Position numbers and translations under genes: made by a program. Positions 37,959 through 47,656 of a stretch of DNA of 51,734 nucleotides are shown here, piece after piece. The DNA comes from Eubacteriales bacterium (GTDB lineage Bacteria; Bacillota; Clostridia; Oscillospirales; CAG-272): NCBI GenBank assembly GCA_045606685.1, contig JAZUSJ010000058.1, positions 1-51,734 on the forward strand, written 5' to 3'. The notes beneath the pieces are model-generated. The model did not search any database, was not told where the DNA came from, and worked only from the letters and a program-made list of their open reading frames with translations. Within the stretch, counting starts at the first letter, position 1; each line of letters starts with the position of its first letter.

Positions 37959-39503
37959 ATGAACAAAAAAAGGGAAGAATCCTTTACTGCAGGTGTCGTA
38001 CTGTTGACGGCATCTGCGCTGATCGTCAAATTGATTGGCGTTTGCTATAAAATTCCTCTTGTGAACTTACTGGGTGCGCAGGGAATGGGATATTTTAATG
38101 CGGCTTATGACGTATATGCATTACTGTGCGTCATATCCACTACAGGGCTGCCGGTTGCCGTTTCTATTCTCATGAGCAATCATGAAAATGTGCATAGGCG
38201 CATCTTTCGGTTATCTCTGATCGTTTTTGCGTTTGTCGGGACTTTGGGAAGTGCGGCTGTGTTCTTTATGGCGGATCATATTGCACAATGGATCAAAGCC
38301 CCTTTGGCAGCGCAGAGTCTGCGCTTTATTGCACCGGCGGTATTATTCGTTTGTTTATCAGGAGCATTTCGAGGCTATTATCAAGGTAAACGCAATATGC
38401 TTCCAACTGCAATTTCACAAGTGATTGAAGCCGCGGGAAAGCTTTTGTTCGGACTTGTATTTGCCTATGCAGCGATACAGTATAAGCAGAATGCTGCAAC
38501 TGCGGCCGCTTTTGCTGTCCTGGGCCTGAGTGTCGGAACGTTACTGTGTTTGCTGTATTTGCTGCTTTTTAACAAATCAGACAAGGCACGGCCCAATGGA
38601 AAAGAGATTACAACCAAACAGCTTTTTGTGCAATTGCTCGCCGTTGCATTTCCCGTGACGCTCGGGGCGGTTTTATCGGGGCTTTCCAAAATGATCGATC
38701 TGGCATTGATCATGCGCAGATTACAGGATTCGGGTATAGCACAAGAAACTGCCGTTGCTATGTACGGTTGCTACACCTCAATGGTCATTCCTCTGTACAG
38801 TGCAATTCCGGCTCTCTTTGGCTCACTTTCTATGCCGCTGGTCTCGCATCTGAGTCACGCGATTAATCAAAAGAATCAAGCTGAGCAAACCCGAATATTG
38901 AATACGACGTTTTGTCTGAGTGCCGTGATCGCGATACCGTCTGCTCTTGGAATGGGCATGCTTTCCGATCAGATCCTGCTGCTCTTATTTCGGAATGCAC
39001 CCGAGCTGAAATCAGCTGTTCCGCTTTTGATCGTTATGAGTGCTGCGATACCCGCAAGCTGCCTGATTACTGCAACCAATGCAATATTACAGGCATACGG
39101 TCATCCGTGGATTCCTATGATCTCAACTGCCATCGGCTGTATCGTCAAGGCTATAGTGCTTTATGGCTTGACCGTGATGCCTCGCGTCGGGATCATGGCA
39201 GCACCGATCAGCACCTTGGTATGCTGCATGACCATCGTTTTGATCAATTTGGTGTACATTATGAAATGCACGCCAACCTTCAGCTTTATCGCGCCATGGA
39301 CATACGCCTGCGCCATATCGATTGTATCGATTGGCAGTGCTGCTATAGTAAAACGTATGGCAGCGGAAAAAATCAGCTCTGTAAGTATTGTCGTAATACT
39401 TACTGTGGCTTTGGCTGTGATGCTGTATGCGCTGCTTGCTTTTAAAACAGGCCTGCTGCAACAAATATTACCCGTAAAATCAAAAACAAAAAAGGATATA
39501 TAA
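37959..39503 (+). CDS. yabM: SpoVB/YabM-family MOP flippase
   Basis: Polytopic membrane protein; K.IG..YKIPL..LG..G.GYF, GLPVA.S, RGYYQG...M.PTA.SQ..E; sits upstream of mazG as in Bacillota. Confidence 0.8.
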   Translation: MNKKREESFTAGVVLLTASALIVKLIGVCYKIPLVNLLGAQGMGYFNAAYDVYALLCVISTTGLPVAVSILMSNHENVHRRIFRLSLIVFAFVGTLGSAAVFFMADHIAQWIKAPLAAQSLRFIAPAVLFVCLSGAFRGYYQGKRNMLPTAISQVIEAAGKLLFGLVFAYAAIQYKQNAATAAAFAVLGLSVGTLLCLLYLLLFNKSDKARPNGKEITTKQLFVQLLAVAFPVTLGAVLSGLSKMIDLALIMRRLQDSGIAQETAVAMYGCYTSMVIPLYSAIPALFGSLSMPLVSHLSHAINQKNQAEQTRILNTTFCLSAVIAIPSALGMGMLSDQILLLLFRNAPELKSAVPLLIVMSAAIPASCLITATNAILQAYGHPWIPMISTAIGCIVKAIVLYGLTVMPRVGIMAAPISTLVCCMTIVLINLVYIMKCTPTFSFIAPWTYACAISIVSIGSAAIVKRMAAEKISSVSIVVILTVALAVMLYALLAFKTGLLQQILPVKSKTKKDI

Positions 39504-39508
39504 TCATC

Positions 39509-40315
39509 ATGAATATTCAGGAAACGATCTCATATCTCTTATCAAAAGACACTTATACGTTTGATGATCTTGTCAGTGTTGTTGTCGTACTCAGAAGCGA
39601 GCAAGGATGCCCCTGGGATAAGGAGCAAACGCATCAAAGCATTCGTAATGATTTCATCGAGGAAACTTACGAGGTGATCGAGGCGATTGATACACAAGAT
39701 CCTGTACTGTTGCGTGAAGAGCTTGGCGATGTGCTTTTGCAAGTCGTATTTCATGCCCGTATAGAGGAGCAGGAGGGAAGATTCAATATCAATGACGTAG
39801 CAAACGATATTTGTGTCAAGCTGATCCACCGCCATCCTCATGTATTCGGTGACGTATATGCAAAGGATTCAGAGCAGGTACTGAAGAATTGGGACGCCAT
39901 CAAAAATGAGGAAAAACAGCGTATCTCGGTAACCGATAAGCTGCGTGCCATTCCTCCTATGTATCCCGCTTTGCTCAGAGCACAGAAGGTTGGTAAAAAG
40001 GCAGCATGCTTCGATTTTTCGGGTGCTGAGCAGGCCAAGGATAAGGTGCTTGAGGAGGTTGCGGAGGTCATGGCGGTGACCGATGATCCTGCGGAAGCCG
40101 AAAAGGAGATCGGGGATCTGCTGTTGGCAGTCACCAGTCTTGCAAGGATGCTGGGTGTCAACGCAGAAGAGGCTTTGTTCCATGCAACCAACCGCTTCAT
40201 TGACCGTTTTGAAGCGATCGAGGATGCCGTTCTTGCACAGGGACAGGATATTACCAAGGTGGATCGTGATGAACTGGAGCGTATCTGGGATCAGAATAAA
40301 TTAAAAAACAGATAA
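39509..40315 (+). CDS. mazG: Nucleoside triphosphate pyrophosphohydrolase MazG
   Basis: GCPWD.EQTH.S, EETYEV, EELGD.LLQVVFH, KLI.RHPHVFG, EIGDLL. Confidence 0.93.
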   Translation: MNIQETISYLLSKDTYTFDDLVSVVVVLRSEQGCPWDKEQTHQSIRNDFIEETYEVIEAIDTQDPVLLREELGDVLLQVVFHARIEEQEGRFNINDVANDICVKLIHRHPHVFGDVYAKDSEQVLKNWDAIKNEEKQRISVTDKLRAIPPMYPALLRAQKVGKKAACFDFSGAEQAKDKVLEEVAEVMAVTDDPAEAEKEIGDLLLAVTSLARMLGVNAEEALFHATNRFIDRFEAIEDAVLAQGQDITKVDRDELERIWDQNKLKNR

Positions 40316-40362
40316 GATATAAAAAACGTAAAAAATAATACGCTCAATTTGGAAAAAAGTCC

Positions 40363-40391
40363 TTGAAATATATACCAATTTGTGATATAAT
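40363..40391 (+). promoter_or_regulatory. sigmaA promoter of hup
   Basis: TTGAAA-17 bp-TATAAT with TG extension. Confidence 0.75.
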
Positions 40392-40428
40392 AAGTACGTA
40401 AATAAACAACAAGAAAGGAATTTCAAAA

Positions 40429-40701
40429 ATGAACAAGACTCAACTGATTCAAAAGATCGCCGAGAACGGCAACATGACAAAGAAGGATGCAGAGATCGCT
40501 CTGAAGGCAGTCATCGATGCAATTTCCGATTCCGTAGCTTCCGGTGAAAAAGTACAGGTAGCAGGCTTCGGCAGCTTTGACGTTAAGGCTCGTGATGCAA
40601 GAATGGGCAGAAACCCCAAGACCGGTGAGGCTGTTGAAATTGCAGCTTCCAAGAGAATTGTGTTCACTGCTGCTCAGTCTTTGAAGGATAAGCTCAACTG
40701 A
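40429..40701 (+). CDS. hup: DNA-binding protein HU
   Basis: MNKTQLI, GFGSF, R.GRNPKTGE; 90 aa. Confidence 0.96.
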   Translation: MNKTQLIQKIAENGNMTKKDAEIALKAVIDAISDSVASGEKVQVAGFGSFDVKARDARMGRNPKTGEAVEIAASKRIVFTAAQSLKDKLN

Positions 40702-40704
40702 TTT

Positions 40705-40947
40705 ATGCGACTGGATAAATTCCTGAAGGTTTCCCGTATCATCAAAAGACGCACTGTTGCAAATGAAGCTTGCGATGCCGCACATATTTCCGTAAACGGC
40801 AAGCAGGCAAAGGCGTCCTATGACGTAAAAGTGGGAGATATCATTGAAGTCACTTTTGGGCAACGCACGCTCAAGGTTCGTGTTCTCGATGTCAGAGAAT
40901 ATACCGCAAAGGCCGATGCCGCCTCTCTCTATGAAGTGATATCATAA
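40705..40947 (+). CDS. yabO: S4-domain RNA-binding protein YabO/RqcP
   Basis: MRLDKFLKVSRIIKRRTVANEAC, VKVGD. Confidence 0.93.
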   Translation: MRLDKFLKVSRIIKRRTVANEACDAAHISVNGKQAKASYDVKVGDIIEVTFGQRTLKVRVLDVREYTAKADAASLYEVIS

Positions 40948-40970
40948 TTTTGGGAAAATCCGCATATATT
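40942..40970 (+). promoter_or_regulatory. Putative sigmaE (sporulation) promoter for yabPQ
   Basis: TCATAAT ... CATATATT with 16 bp between ATA and CATA; yabPQ is sigmaE-dependent in Bacillus subtilis. Confidence 0.55.
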
Positions 40971-41018
40971 TGTACTGACAGTAGGCAATACTGTCAGTAC
41001 GATATAGCGGAGGCAAAC

Positions 41019-41291
41019 ATGGAGCCTGTATTGGGTAAGCATTCGATCTCACTGAAGGATCGGAAGGATATGCGCATTGACGGAGTGACAGAGGTGATCA
41101 GCTTTGATGATCTGTCGATCATGCTGAAAACGCAGTGCGGAGATATGACAATCGAAGGAAAAGACCTGAAAATCGCAGTCTTAGAGATTGACGCCGGGAT
41201 CGTAGTGCTGTCTGGTACCGTTTCCGGTGTTTACTATTACGAGCCACAAATAAAAGAAAAACGCAGTCTTGCCAAAAAGCTGTTTCATTGA
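41019..41291 (+). CDS. yabP: Sporulation protein YabP
   Basis: H.I.L.DRK...I.GV..V.SFD...I.L.T..G...I.G..L.I; ATG 41019 with GGAGG RBS. Confidence 0.88.
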   Translation: MEPVLGKHSISLKDRKDMRIDGVTEVISFDDLSIMLKTQCGDMTIEGKDLKIAVLEIDAGIVVLSGTVSGVYYYEPQIKEKRSLAKKLFH

Positions 41292-41298
41292 TGAAGAT

Positions 41299-41814
41299 AT
41301 GGAGCTTTCACAAACTGCGCTGTCGGTTTTGATTTTGTGTGGGGTTCCGTTGGGGATCATGATCAACGTTGCATACAGATTGACCGATCTTGGGCCGCAA
41401 AAAAACAGAATTATACTACATATTCTGACCAATGTAAAGGATTTTGCATTTTTGATTCTTGCAGCTGTTGTGACAGTTTTGCTGGTTTACTATGTCAACG
41501 ACGGTGTATATCGCTTTCATTCGATTGCGGGAATCCTTACTGGATACATGATAAGTGATCTAATATTAGGTAAGTTGATCGTAAAAATCAGAAACATGGT
41601 GATTGATGCCGTACTTCAAATTTTGGGTGTACCGTTTGTCTGGATATGGAGCAAGACGTTTGGATTGCTGCTTGCCAAAACGGATCATGCCTTTTTGATC
41701 AGAAAAACAGATGCGAGTATCAATACTATGATGCAGCTTGCATCAAACGGATTTGAAAATTATACGGAGGCAAAAGCATGGAAGAACATCAAAAACAAAA
41801 GGATGCTGCAGTAG
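41299..41814 (+). CDS. yabQ: Spore cortex protein YabQ-like membrane protein
   Basis: Hydrophobic, Y..N.G..RF motif, located between yabP and divIC. Confidence 0.7.
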   Translation: MELSQTALSVLILCGVPLGIMINVAYRLTDLGPQKNRIILHILTNVKDFAFLILAAVVTVLLVYYVNDGVYRFHSIAGILTGYMISDLILGKLIVKIRNMVIDAVLQILGVPFVWIWSKTFGLLLAKTDHAFLIRKTDASINTMMQLASNGFENYTEAKAWKNIKNKRMLQ

Positions 41815-42098
41815 AAAACACAAAATCGGGTATGAAGATTTTGCTGCGCTGCGCGCTGATCGCAATTGTGGTCATTTCCTTGTGTACTTTTGTGTCCGGT
41901 GTTATGATATATAATGCCAATCAGGAAAGGATCAAAGAGCTTAAGCAGCAGATCGCTGACAAGCAGGAGCAGGTAGATGAGCTGAAATTTCTGATCGATT
42001 CTCCGATCGATTATGAGTATATTGTGCGCATTGCCCGTGAAAAGCTCGGATTACATTTCCCGGATGAAACCATTTTTCATAAGGACACAAATGACTGA
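41778..42098 (+). CDS. divIC: Septum formation initiator DivIC/FtsB family
   Basis: One TM segment, coiled coil, [15 protein letters not shown]. Confidence 0.85.
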   Translation: MEEHQKQKDAAVENTKSGMKILLRCALIAIVVISLCTFVSGVMIYNANQERIKELKQQIADKQEQVDELKFLIDSPIDYEYIVRIAREKLGLHFPDETIFHKDTND

Positions 42099-42112
42099 AG
42101 CAGAGGATTGAT

Positions 42113-42589
42113 ATGGCAGATAAAAAAACAGGAAATAGAATCATTGCCCAAAACAAAAAGGCATGGCACGAATACTTTGTCGACGAAAAGTATGAGGCAG
42201 GTATTGCTTTGTACGGTACCGAGGTCAAAAGCATTCGGGCAGGTGCTGTAAATCTCAAGGATTCTTATTGTGATATCAAGGATGGAGAGATTTTCGTCAA
42301 AGGCATGCACGTCAGCCCTTACGAGCAGGGGAATATTTTTAATAAAGATCCGCTGCGCGATAAGAAATTGCTGATGCATAAAAGAGAGATCATGAAGCTG
42401 CACGGACTTGTCGCGCAAAAAGGGTTTACACTGATCCCGTTGTCGCTGTATTTCAGCGGTTCGCACGTCAAGGTCGAGATCGGGCTTTGTCGCGGTAAGA
42501 AGCTGTACGACAAGCGTGACGATGCTGCCAAGCGCGACGCAGACCGCGTCATTGAACGCAGCATGCGTGATCGAAATAAAGCGGAATAA
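42113..42589 (+). CDS. smpB: SsrA-binding protein SmpB
   Basis: [37 protein letters not shown]. Confidence 0.97.
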   Translation: MADKKTGNRIIAQNKKAWHEYFVDEKYEAGIALYGTEVKSIRAGAVNLKDSYCDIKDGEIFVKGMHVSPYEQGNIFNKDPLRDKKLLMHKREIMKLHGLVAQKGFTLIPLSLYFSGSHVKVEIGLCRGKKLYDKRDDAAKRDADRVIERSMRDRNKAE

Positions 42590-42640
42590 TAAGTATACAT
42601 GTCTGATCTGCGATCAATCAGTTCAGAACAATCAAAAACC

Positions 42641-42684
42641 TTGGCAGAGTATAGATTTGCCAAGGTTTTTTGATGTGTACGATA
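42641..42684 (+). terminator. Intrinsic terminator after smpB
   Basis: ATCAAAAACCTTGGCA...TGCCAAGGTTTTTTGAT. Confidence 0.8.
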
Positions 42685-42804
42685 AAAGACATGTCGGAAA
42701 ATCCAACGCATAGTTGGGGATAACTCATTTTTGTCTCGCTTCCATTTTTATGAACTATGTGAGATAATGAGTACAAACCCAATATCAAAAATGGAGGCTT
42801 GATT

Positions 42805-43959
42805 ATGAAAGAAACAATGGGACAAATTATTCGAAGATTACGTAAAGGAAGAAACTTGACGCAAGAAGAGCTTTCGGAATTGCTGGGAGTTACGTCGCAG
42901 GCGGTTTCCAAATGGGAAAATGATGTCGGGATGCCGGACATTTCGCAAGTTGTTCCGATCGCGCACGTGCTCGGAGTGACGACCGATATACTGTTTGGGA
43001 ATGCTTGCGTAGAAGGTGATGAGCAAGTTGAAAGCTTTATTCGAGAGGTCGAGATACGCATCAGCAACAAACCTGAAGAGGGTATCAGCCGATTTATGCA
43101 TCGTAAATCATGCTGTGAGGAACTTCAGAGCGAGTTAGCCGTTTATCCAAACAACTATAAACTTATTTGCTGTTCACTGTCTTTCATCACTTATCTACTT
43201 TGGGATTACACAGAGGAGCAGTTTGCAAATGAGATCGCTGATCGAGAATCCGAGATGAAAGCCTGGGCAGACGAAGCAATACGACAAGCACATATTGTGT
43301 TGAATCATTGTACAGACAGCGAGTATCTGAACAGCGCAAATCGATGGCTCGTAAGTATTTACAGAATTATGAAGGACTATAGCAAGGCAGAAGAGCATGC
43401 AATGAAATTAACAGAGAACCGCGGCAGGTATCTTGCTGTTGTATATAGCGATATGGGAAAAGTAGATGAGGCTATGAAGCAATATAGTTTGAATATCAAT
43501 GCAGCACTTATGAATCTGTCCCAAGATCTTTCGCTTCTCGGACATCTTTATCAAAAGCAGCAGAGATATGAGGATGCATATTCTTGTTATCATCTTTTCC
43601 CTGATATTTATGAGCTCATGTTTGAGCAAAGCGAAAATGAAGTGCCTTACTATATCAATCATCCGTGCTATGATTGGTGTGCAGCTATGTGTGTACATCT
43701 CGAACGATATGATGAGGCCATGGAATGGCTTGAAAAATGGATAAATCAAGAGCGCATAAATGCAAAAGCGTTTAATGTAATTACAAGAAGTGATCTACCA
43801 TATTTTTATGGTATGGAATTCTCTTACTCATACAATGCCACATATCCCAAACATAATAGAATTACTGCCAGCCTTGAATGGGAGTCATTTGATCCTATCC
43901 GTGAATTAGATCGTTTCAAGAATATCGTGAAACAAGCAGAGGCTTTTGAAAAAGAATAA
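42805..43959 (+). CDS. XRE-family HTH regulator with C-terminal TPR-like domain
   Basis: LRKGRNLTQEELSELLGVTSQAVSKWEND..MPDI; helical repeats LAVVY..MG..DEA, LG.LY....RYEDA, L.RYDEA..W.EK. Confidence 0.85.
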   Translation: MKETMGQIIRRLRKGRNLTQEELSELLGVTSQAVSKWENDVGMPDISQVVPIAHVLGVTTDILFGNACVEGDEQVESFIREVEIRISNKPEEGISRFMHRKSCCEELQSELAVYPNNYKLICCSLSFITYLLWDYTEEQFANEIADRESEMKAWADEAIRQAHIVLNHCTDSEYLNSANRWLVSIYRIMKDYSKAEEHAMKLTENRGRYLAVVYSDMGKVDEAMKQYSLNINAALMNLSQDLSLLGHLYQKQQRYEDAYSCYHLFPDIYELMFEQSENEVPYYINHPCYDWCAAMCVHLERYDEAMEWLEKWINQERINAKAFNVITRSDLPYFYGMEFSYSYNATYPKHNRITASLEWESFDPIRELDRFKNIVKQAEAFEKE

Positions 43960-43961
43960 TC

Positions 43962-43999
43962 AAAACAGCCCACCTTAATTTAGAGAGGTGGGCTGTTTT
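43962..43999. terminator. Bidirectional terminator
   Basis: AAAACAGCCCACCT...AGGTGGGCTGTTTT between convergent genes. Confidence 0.85.
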
Positions 44000-44005
44000 G
44001 ATTTA

Positions 44006-46531
44006 TTACATCTTAAATTCGTATTTACCGGGGGTGAGGTCAATCACAATTCTGTTAAGTCTTGCGTTGTATGCAGCCTGCTTGAACTCGGAGAACTTGT
44101 GGCTGACGCCGTCCAGCGTGAAACTGTCGTTCTTGGTTAGGATAGGCAGGTACAGTCTTGTGGGAACGGGAACCTCGCAGTAGTAGGTAAAGCCGTTCTC
44201 GGTCGACCAGTTGGAGACGATGGTGCCGTGGTAGGAATCGTAGGAAGCCTTGATATACTTGATGTTTTCCTGTCCTTCGGGCAATTCTTCTGCGCTTCTG
44301 GTATCGGGCTTAGGCTGCAGAATTGCGCGCTCGAATCCGGGCGCTGCGGGATCATATTCAATGCCTGCTGCGTGTCTGTACATCCATTCCTGGATCGCTC
44401 CGTAAGCATAGTGGTTAAAGGAGTTCATTCCAACGTTGCCAAAGCCGGTAGCCAGCGTGTAGGAGTTCCATCTCTCCCAAATGGTGGTCGCACCCTGGTC
44501 AACGGAGTACAGCCAGGAGGGATTCTCACGTTGCAAGAGGAGGGAATAAGCAAGATCGTTTTCCCCGATCTCTGCAAGTGTTTGTGCCAGAATGCCTGTA
44601 CCAACAAAACCGGTGGAAAGCTTGTGGCCGTTGTCTATGATCTTCTGTCGCAGTGCTGCAATCGCAGCAGGTCTGTTCTTTTCTTCAAGCAGCTGGAATT
44701 TCAGTGCCATCAGATAAGCGGTTTGTGTGCGATGCTGAGGCAGAAGGTCACCGTTTTCGTCGCAATAGAAGTTCTGAAAACGGTTTCTGATTGCGTTGAA
44801 GTAGTTGCTGAAGCGGTTGGCATCCTTATTCTTGCCAAGTACTCTTGCAATCTGGATCATCAGACGTGCATCAAATGCAGCATAACAAACCGAAACCATC
44901 CAATGGTCGGAAGGCTCGTAAGCCAGCCAGTCACCGTATGCAGCATGCTTATGAGGCGTTTCTATGTCTCGTGCCTCGAGCATATTCATGTGCTTGACCA
45001 TAGAGTCGTAATGATCGCGAAGCAATTGCACGTCGCCGTACATTTTCCACATGACGTAGGGAACAATGATGCCCGCATCACCCCAAGCAGCACCGCCACA
45101 GCCTACGACACGTGCAGCAGGGATAACGTCGGGATACCCTCCCCAGTCAGCCTGACTGTCTCTTGCATCCTGCAGCCATTTGTGGAAGAACATACGCACG
45201 TCAGCGTTATAAGCAGCGGTATTACAGAAGATCTGCGTGTCACCCGTCCAGCCAAGGCGCTCGTCGCGCTGCGGGCAGTCGGTAGGCACGTACAAATAAT
45301 TGCCTCTCTGTCCCCAAATGATATTGGAGATCAACTGGTTGACAAGTGCGTTGGAGGTTTCCATCTTACCCGTTTCTTTGGTGACAGAGCCTATGACCTC
45401 GGCAGAGAAGGAGAGGATCTCAATGTCGTTGTCGGCAACGATCTCAATGTAACGGAATCCAAAGAAGGAGAAGGTAGGTCTGTAGCTCTCACCCTCGGGC
45501 GCACCGCCCAAAATGTAATATGCCTTTGCGCGAGCGCTTCTGTAGTTAATGGTGTATACAGATCCCTTGGGGCCATCGTTTCCGCGCGCCTCGGATCCGC
45601 TGTCGTTCAGAAACTCAGCAGCACGCAGCTGAACAGCGGTCTTTTCCTCACCCTTGACTGTAATAACAGGCCAACCAACCATATTCTGACCAAGGTCATA
45701 CGTTAATGTCTGGCCTTTTTTTAATGTAATAGCATCTTGATTCTCTGCAGAATAAATGACGTTGATCTCACCGTGCTCTGTGCCGTTATCGGTCGTTCCT
45801 TCGTGTACGGTCAAACTCAAAGGCTTTCTTGTAAGCTCCGGACGGACCATAACGGTGGGGCCAATAAAGGGGGTGATCTCAACATCCTGTTGTCCGACAG
45901 TCGGAAGAACCCATGCAGATGCATCATAACCGGCAAGGCTCATTTCCTCATAAGAAGGATATTTCGCATTGTACAGCTCACCGTCCCAGATATCGGCAGC
46001 GCGAACTCTGCCTCCCCACGTTGCGAGCCAATCGGTATCGGTATAGATCTCATGATCGTTGATCGTGATCTTTGCCAGCAGTGCTTCGCTTTCGCCTGCA
46101 AAAGCACCGAAAGAAATACGGCCGTTTCTCCAACCGGGTGCTACGGCAGCCAACAAAACGTTTTCCCCATCCACAAGATAAGGTGTCAGATCATAGGAGA
46201 AGTAAAGTGCTCTCTTACGGAACTCATAATATCCGGGCTTGAGCTCGTCGTAAACTTCATTTCCGTTCTCGTCAACGCGTCCAACTCGCTTGCCGTTGCA
46301 ATACAAATCGAAAATTCCGAGAGCAGTAGCGTCTACACGAACGCTGTCATTCGTAGTTGCTGTAAAGCTCTTTCTAAAGAGGGCCAGACCGTGTCTGCTT
46401 TCAATGGGTTTGAACTGATCGGTCGTTACGAGCTTATGCTCCCAAGGATTGGAAATCTCTGTGTGTTCATTTGTGCCGGGGAAGGCGAAGGAGATCCACT
46501 GGGCCTTCCCGAAACTCATCATATCTTTCAT
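44006..46531 (-). CDS. GH78 alpha-L-rhamnosidase
   Basis: DLGQNMVGW, F.F.GFRY, PTDCPQRDERLGWTGD, AWGDA, GATTIWERW, SFNHYAYG; no signal peptide. Confidence 0.93.
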   Translation of the reverse strand: MKDMMSFGKAQWISFAFPGTNEHTEISNPWEHKLVTTDQFKPIESRHGLALFRKSFTATTNDSVRVDATALGIFDLYCNGKRVGRVDENGNEVYDELKPGYYEFRKRALYFSYDLTPYLVDGENVLLAAVAPGWRNGRISFGAFAGESEALLAKITINDHEIYTDTDWLATWGGRVRAADIWDGELYNAKYPSYEEMSLAGYDASAWVLPTVGQQDVEITPFIGPTVMVRPELTRKPLSLTVHEGTTDNGTEHGEINVIYSAENQDAITLKKGQTLTYDLGQNMVGWPVITVKGEEKTAVQLRAAEFLNDSGSEARGNDGPKGSVYTINYRSARAKAYYILGGAPEGESYRPTFSFFGFRYIEIVADNDIEILSFSAEVIGSVTKETGKMETSNALVNQLISNIIWGQRGNYLYVPTDCPQRDERLGWTGDTQIFCNTAAYNADVRMFFHKWLQDARDSQADWGGYPDVIPAARVVGCGGAAWGDAGIIVPYVMWKMYGDVQLLRDHYDSMVKHMNMLEARDIETPHKHAAYGDWLAYEPSDHWMVSVCYAAFDARLMIQIARVLGKNKDANRFSNYFNAIRNRFQNFYCDENGDLLPQHRTQTAYLMALKFQLLEEKNRPAAIAALRQKIIDNGHKLSTGFVGTGILAQTLAEIGENDLAYSLLLQRENPSWLYSVDQGATTIWERWNSYTLATGFGNVGMNSFNHYAYGAIQEWMYRHAAGIEYDPAAPGFERAILQPKPDTRSAEELPEGQENIKYIKASYDSYHGTIVSNWSTENGFTYYCEVPVPTRLYLPILTKNDSFTLDGVSHKFSEFKQAAYNARLNRIVIDLTPGKYEFKM

Positions 46532-46563
46532 GCTTACCTCCGTATGATGTGGTTATCATAAAG

Positions 46564-46592
46564 AGTATACCATATATATTGTGTAATTGCAA
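46564..46592 (-). promoter_or_regulatory. sigmaA promoter of the minus-strand GH78 gene
   Basis: Minus strand TTGCAA-17 bp-TATACT with TG extension. Confidence 0.7.
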
Positions 46593-46615
46593 GCATTTTT
46601 TGCAAATAAAGCAAT

Positions 46616-46650
46616 AAAAAAACAGACCGAATCCGACTTCCGGTCTGTTT
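46616..46650 (-). terminator. Intrinsic terminator after LRR gene
   Basis: AAACAGACCG...CGGTCTGTTT with an A-run giving a U-tail on the minus strand. Confidence 0.75.
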
Positions 46651-46669
46651 AAGTTTCTACGATTTTTCT

Positions 46670-47332
46670 TTAGCTTGCTAAAGACTCGCACCCGTAGAAT
46701 GCATCTTCGTGGACAATGGCACTGCCTACGTCGATATGACGGAGATTTCGGCAGTAGGAGAAAGCATAGTAGCCAATCGTTCTTGTTCTTCCGGACAGGG
46801 AAACACTGGTCAGCGAGATGCATGCGCCAAACATGTTGTCAGGCAGGGAATTCAGAGATTCGGGGAGGATGACGGACTCCAAAGATCTGCATCCTTCAAA
46901 AGCCGAATGACCAACTTCTCTTGTCCCGAGGGGAAGAACCAGCGTGCGCATCGAAGCACAGAAAGCGAAAGCCTTTTCTCCGATGAAAATCAAGCTGTCC
47001 CCTAAGTAAAGCTGGGTGAGCTTGTCGCAGCCGATAAAGCATCTTTCTCCGATGGTGTTGACACCGTGGTTTTCAAACGTAACAGCATGGAGGTTGTGAC
47101 ACCATGCGAACGCATAATCACCAATATGTTTGACCGTAGGAGGAACCATGATCGATACAATGTCGTGATTGTGAGCGAAAGCCATGTCTGCGATTTGCAC
47201 AACTTTTCTGCCCATGTATTCAGTCGGGATGACAATACCTGTGTCTTGGCAATGTCCGATTCCGGAAAGGGCGCATTCGTTTTCATTCAAAGTGGTAAAC
47301 GAAAGACCTACTGAAAAAATGGTGTTCTGCAT
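46670..47332 (-). CDS. BspA-type (TpLRR) leucine-rich repeat protein
   Basis: About six 23-aa repeats of the type IG..AF..C..L..V.LP; no signal peptide. Confidence 0.88.
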   Translation of the reverse strand: MQNTIFSVGLSFTTLNENECALSGIGHCQDTGIVIPTEYMGRKVVQIADMAFAHNHDIVSIMVPPTVKHIGDYAFAWCHNLHAVTFENHGVNTIGERCFIGCDKLTQLYLGDSLIFIGEKAFAFCASMRTLVLPLGTREVGHSAFEGCRSLESVILPESLNSLPDNMFGACISLTSVSLSGRTRTIGYYAFSYCRNLRHIDVGSAIVHEDAFYGCESLAS

Positions 47333-47391
47333 GGCTGTTCCTCACTTTCTTTAGAATTGATCAATGGATTCAATCTCACGATCGTGTCTCT

Positions 47392-47420
47392 ATTGTATAT
47401 TATTATCGTAGTTTTGTCAA
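47392..47420 (-). promoter_or_regulatory. sigmaA promoter of LRR gene
   Basis: Minus strand TTGACA-17 bp-TACAAT. Confidence 0.7.
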
Positions 47421-47656
47421 TACAAAAGGCGAAAATGACACCTCTGCTGTGTAAAATTCGTAACAAAGTGATAAATAGTGAAAATCGCAACAAAACCGAA
47501 AAAACAGGTGGTATAATGTTAAATAAATAATGAAAACAGCCAATATACGATAAAATTATCAAGAATCAAGAATATCTTTCAAAAATCCTTGGACACGACA
47601 TGCTTGTCGTGTTAAAAACCACGAAAAAATCGAATTTGTCGTACCATAATTATACG

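Noticed and set aside
42590-42800. tmRNA (ssrA) next to smpB
   Set aside because: No GGGG..tRNA-like 5-prime end or TCCACCA 3-prime end, and the gap is too short.
44228-45706. Long antisense ORFs (492 aa here; also 17183-18508, 21596-22918, 32998-34278, 4920-5921)
   Set aside because: They lie opposite well-supported genes, lack recognisable motifs and RBSs, and are explained by codon bias on the coding strand.
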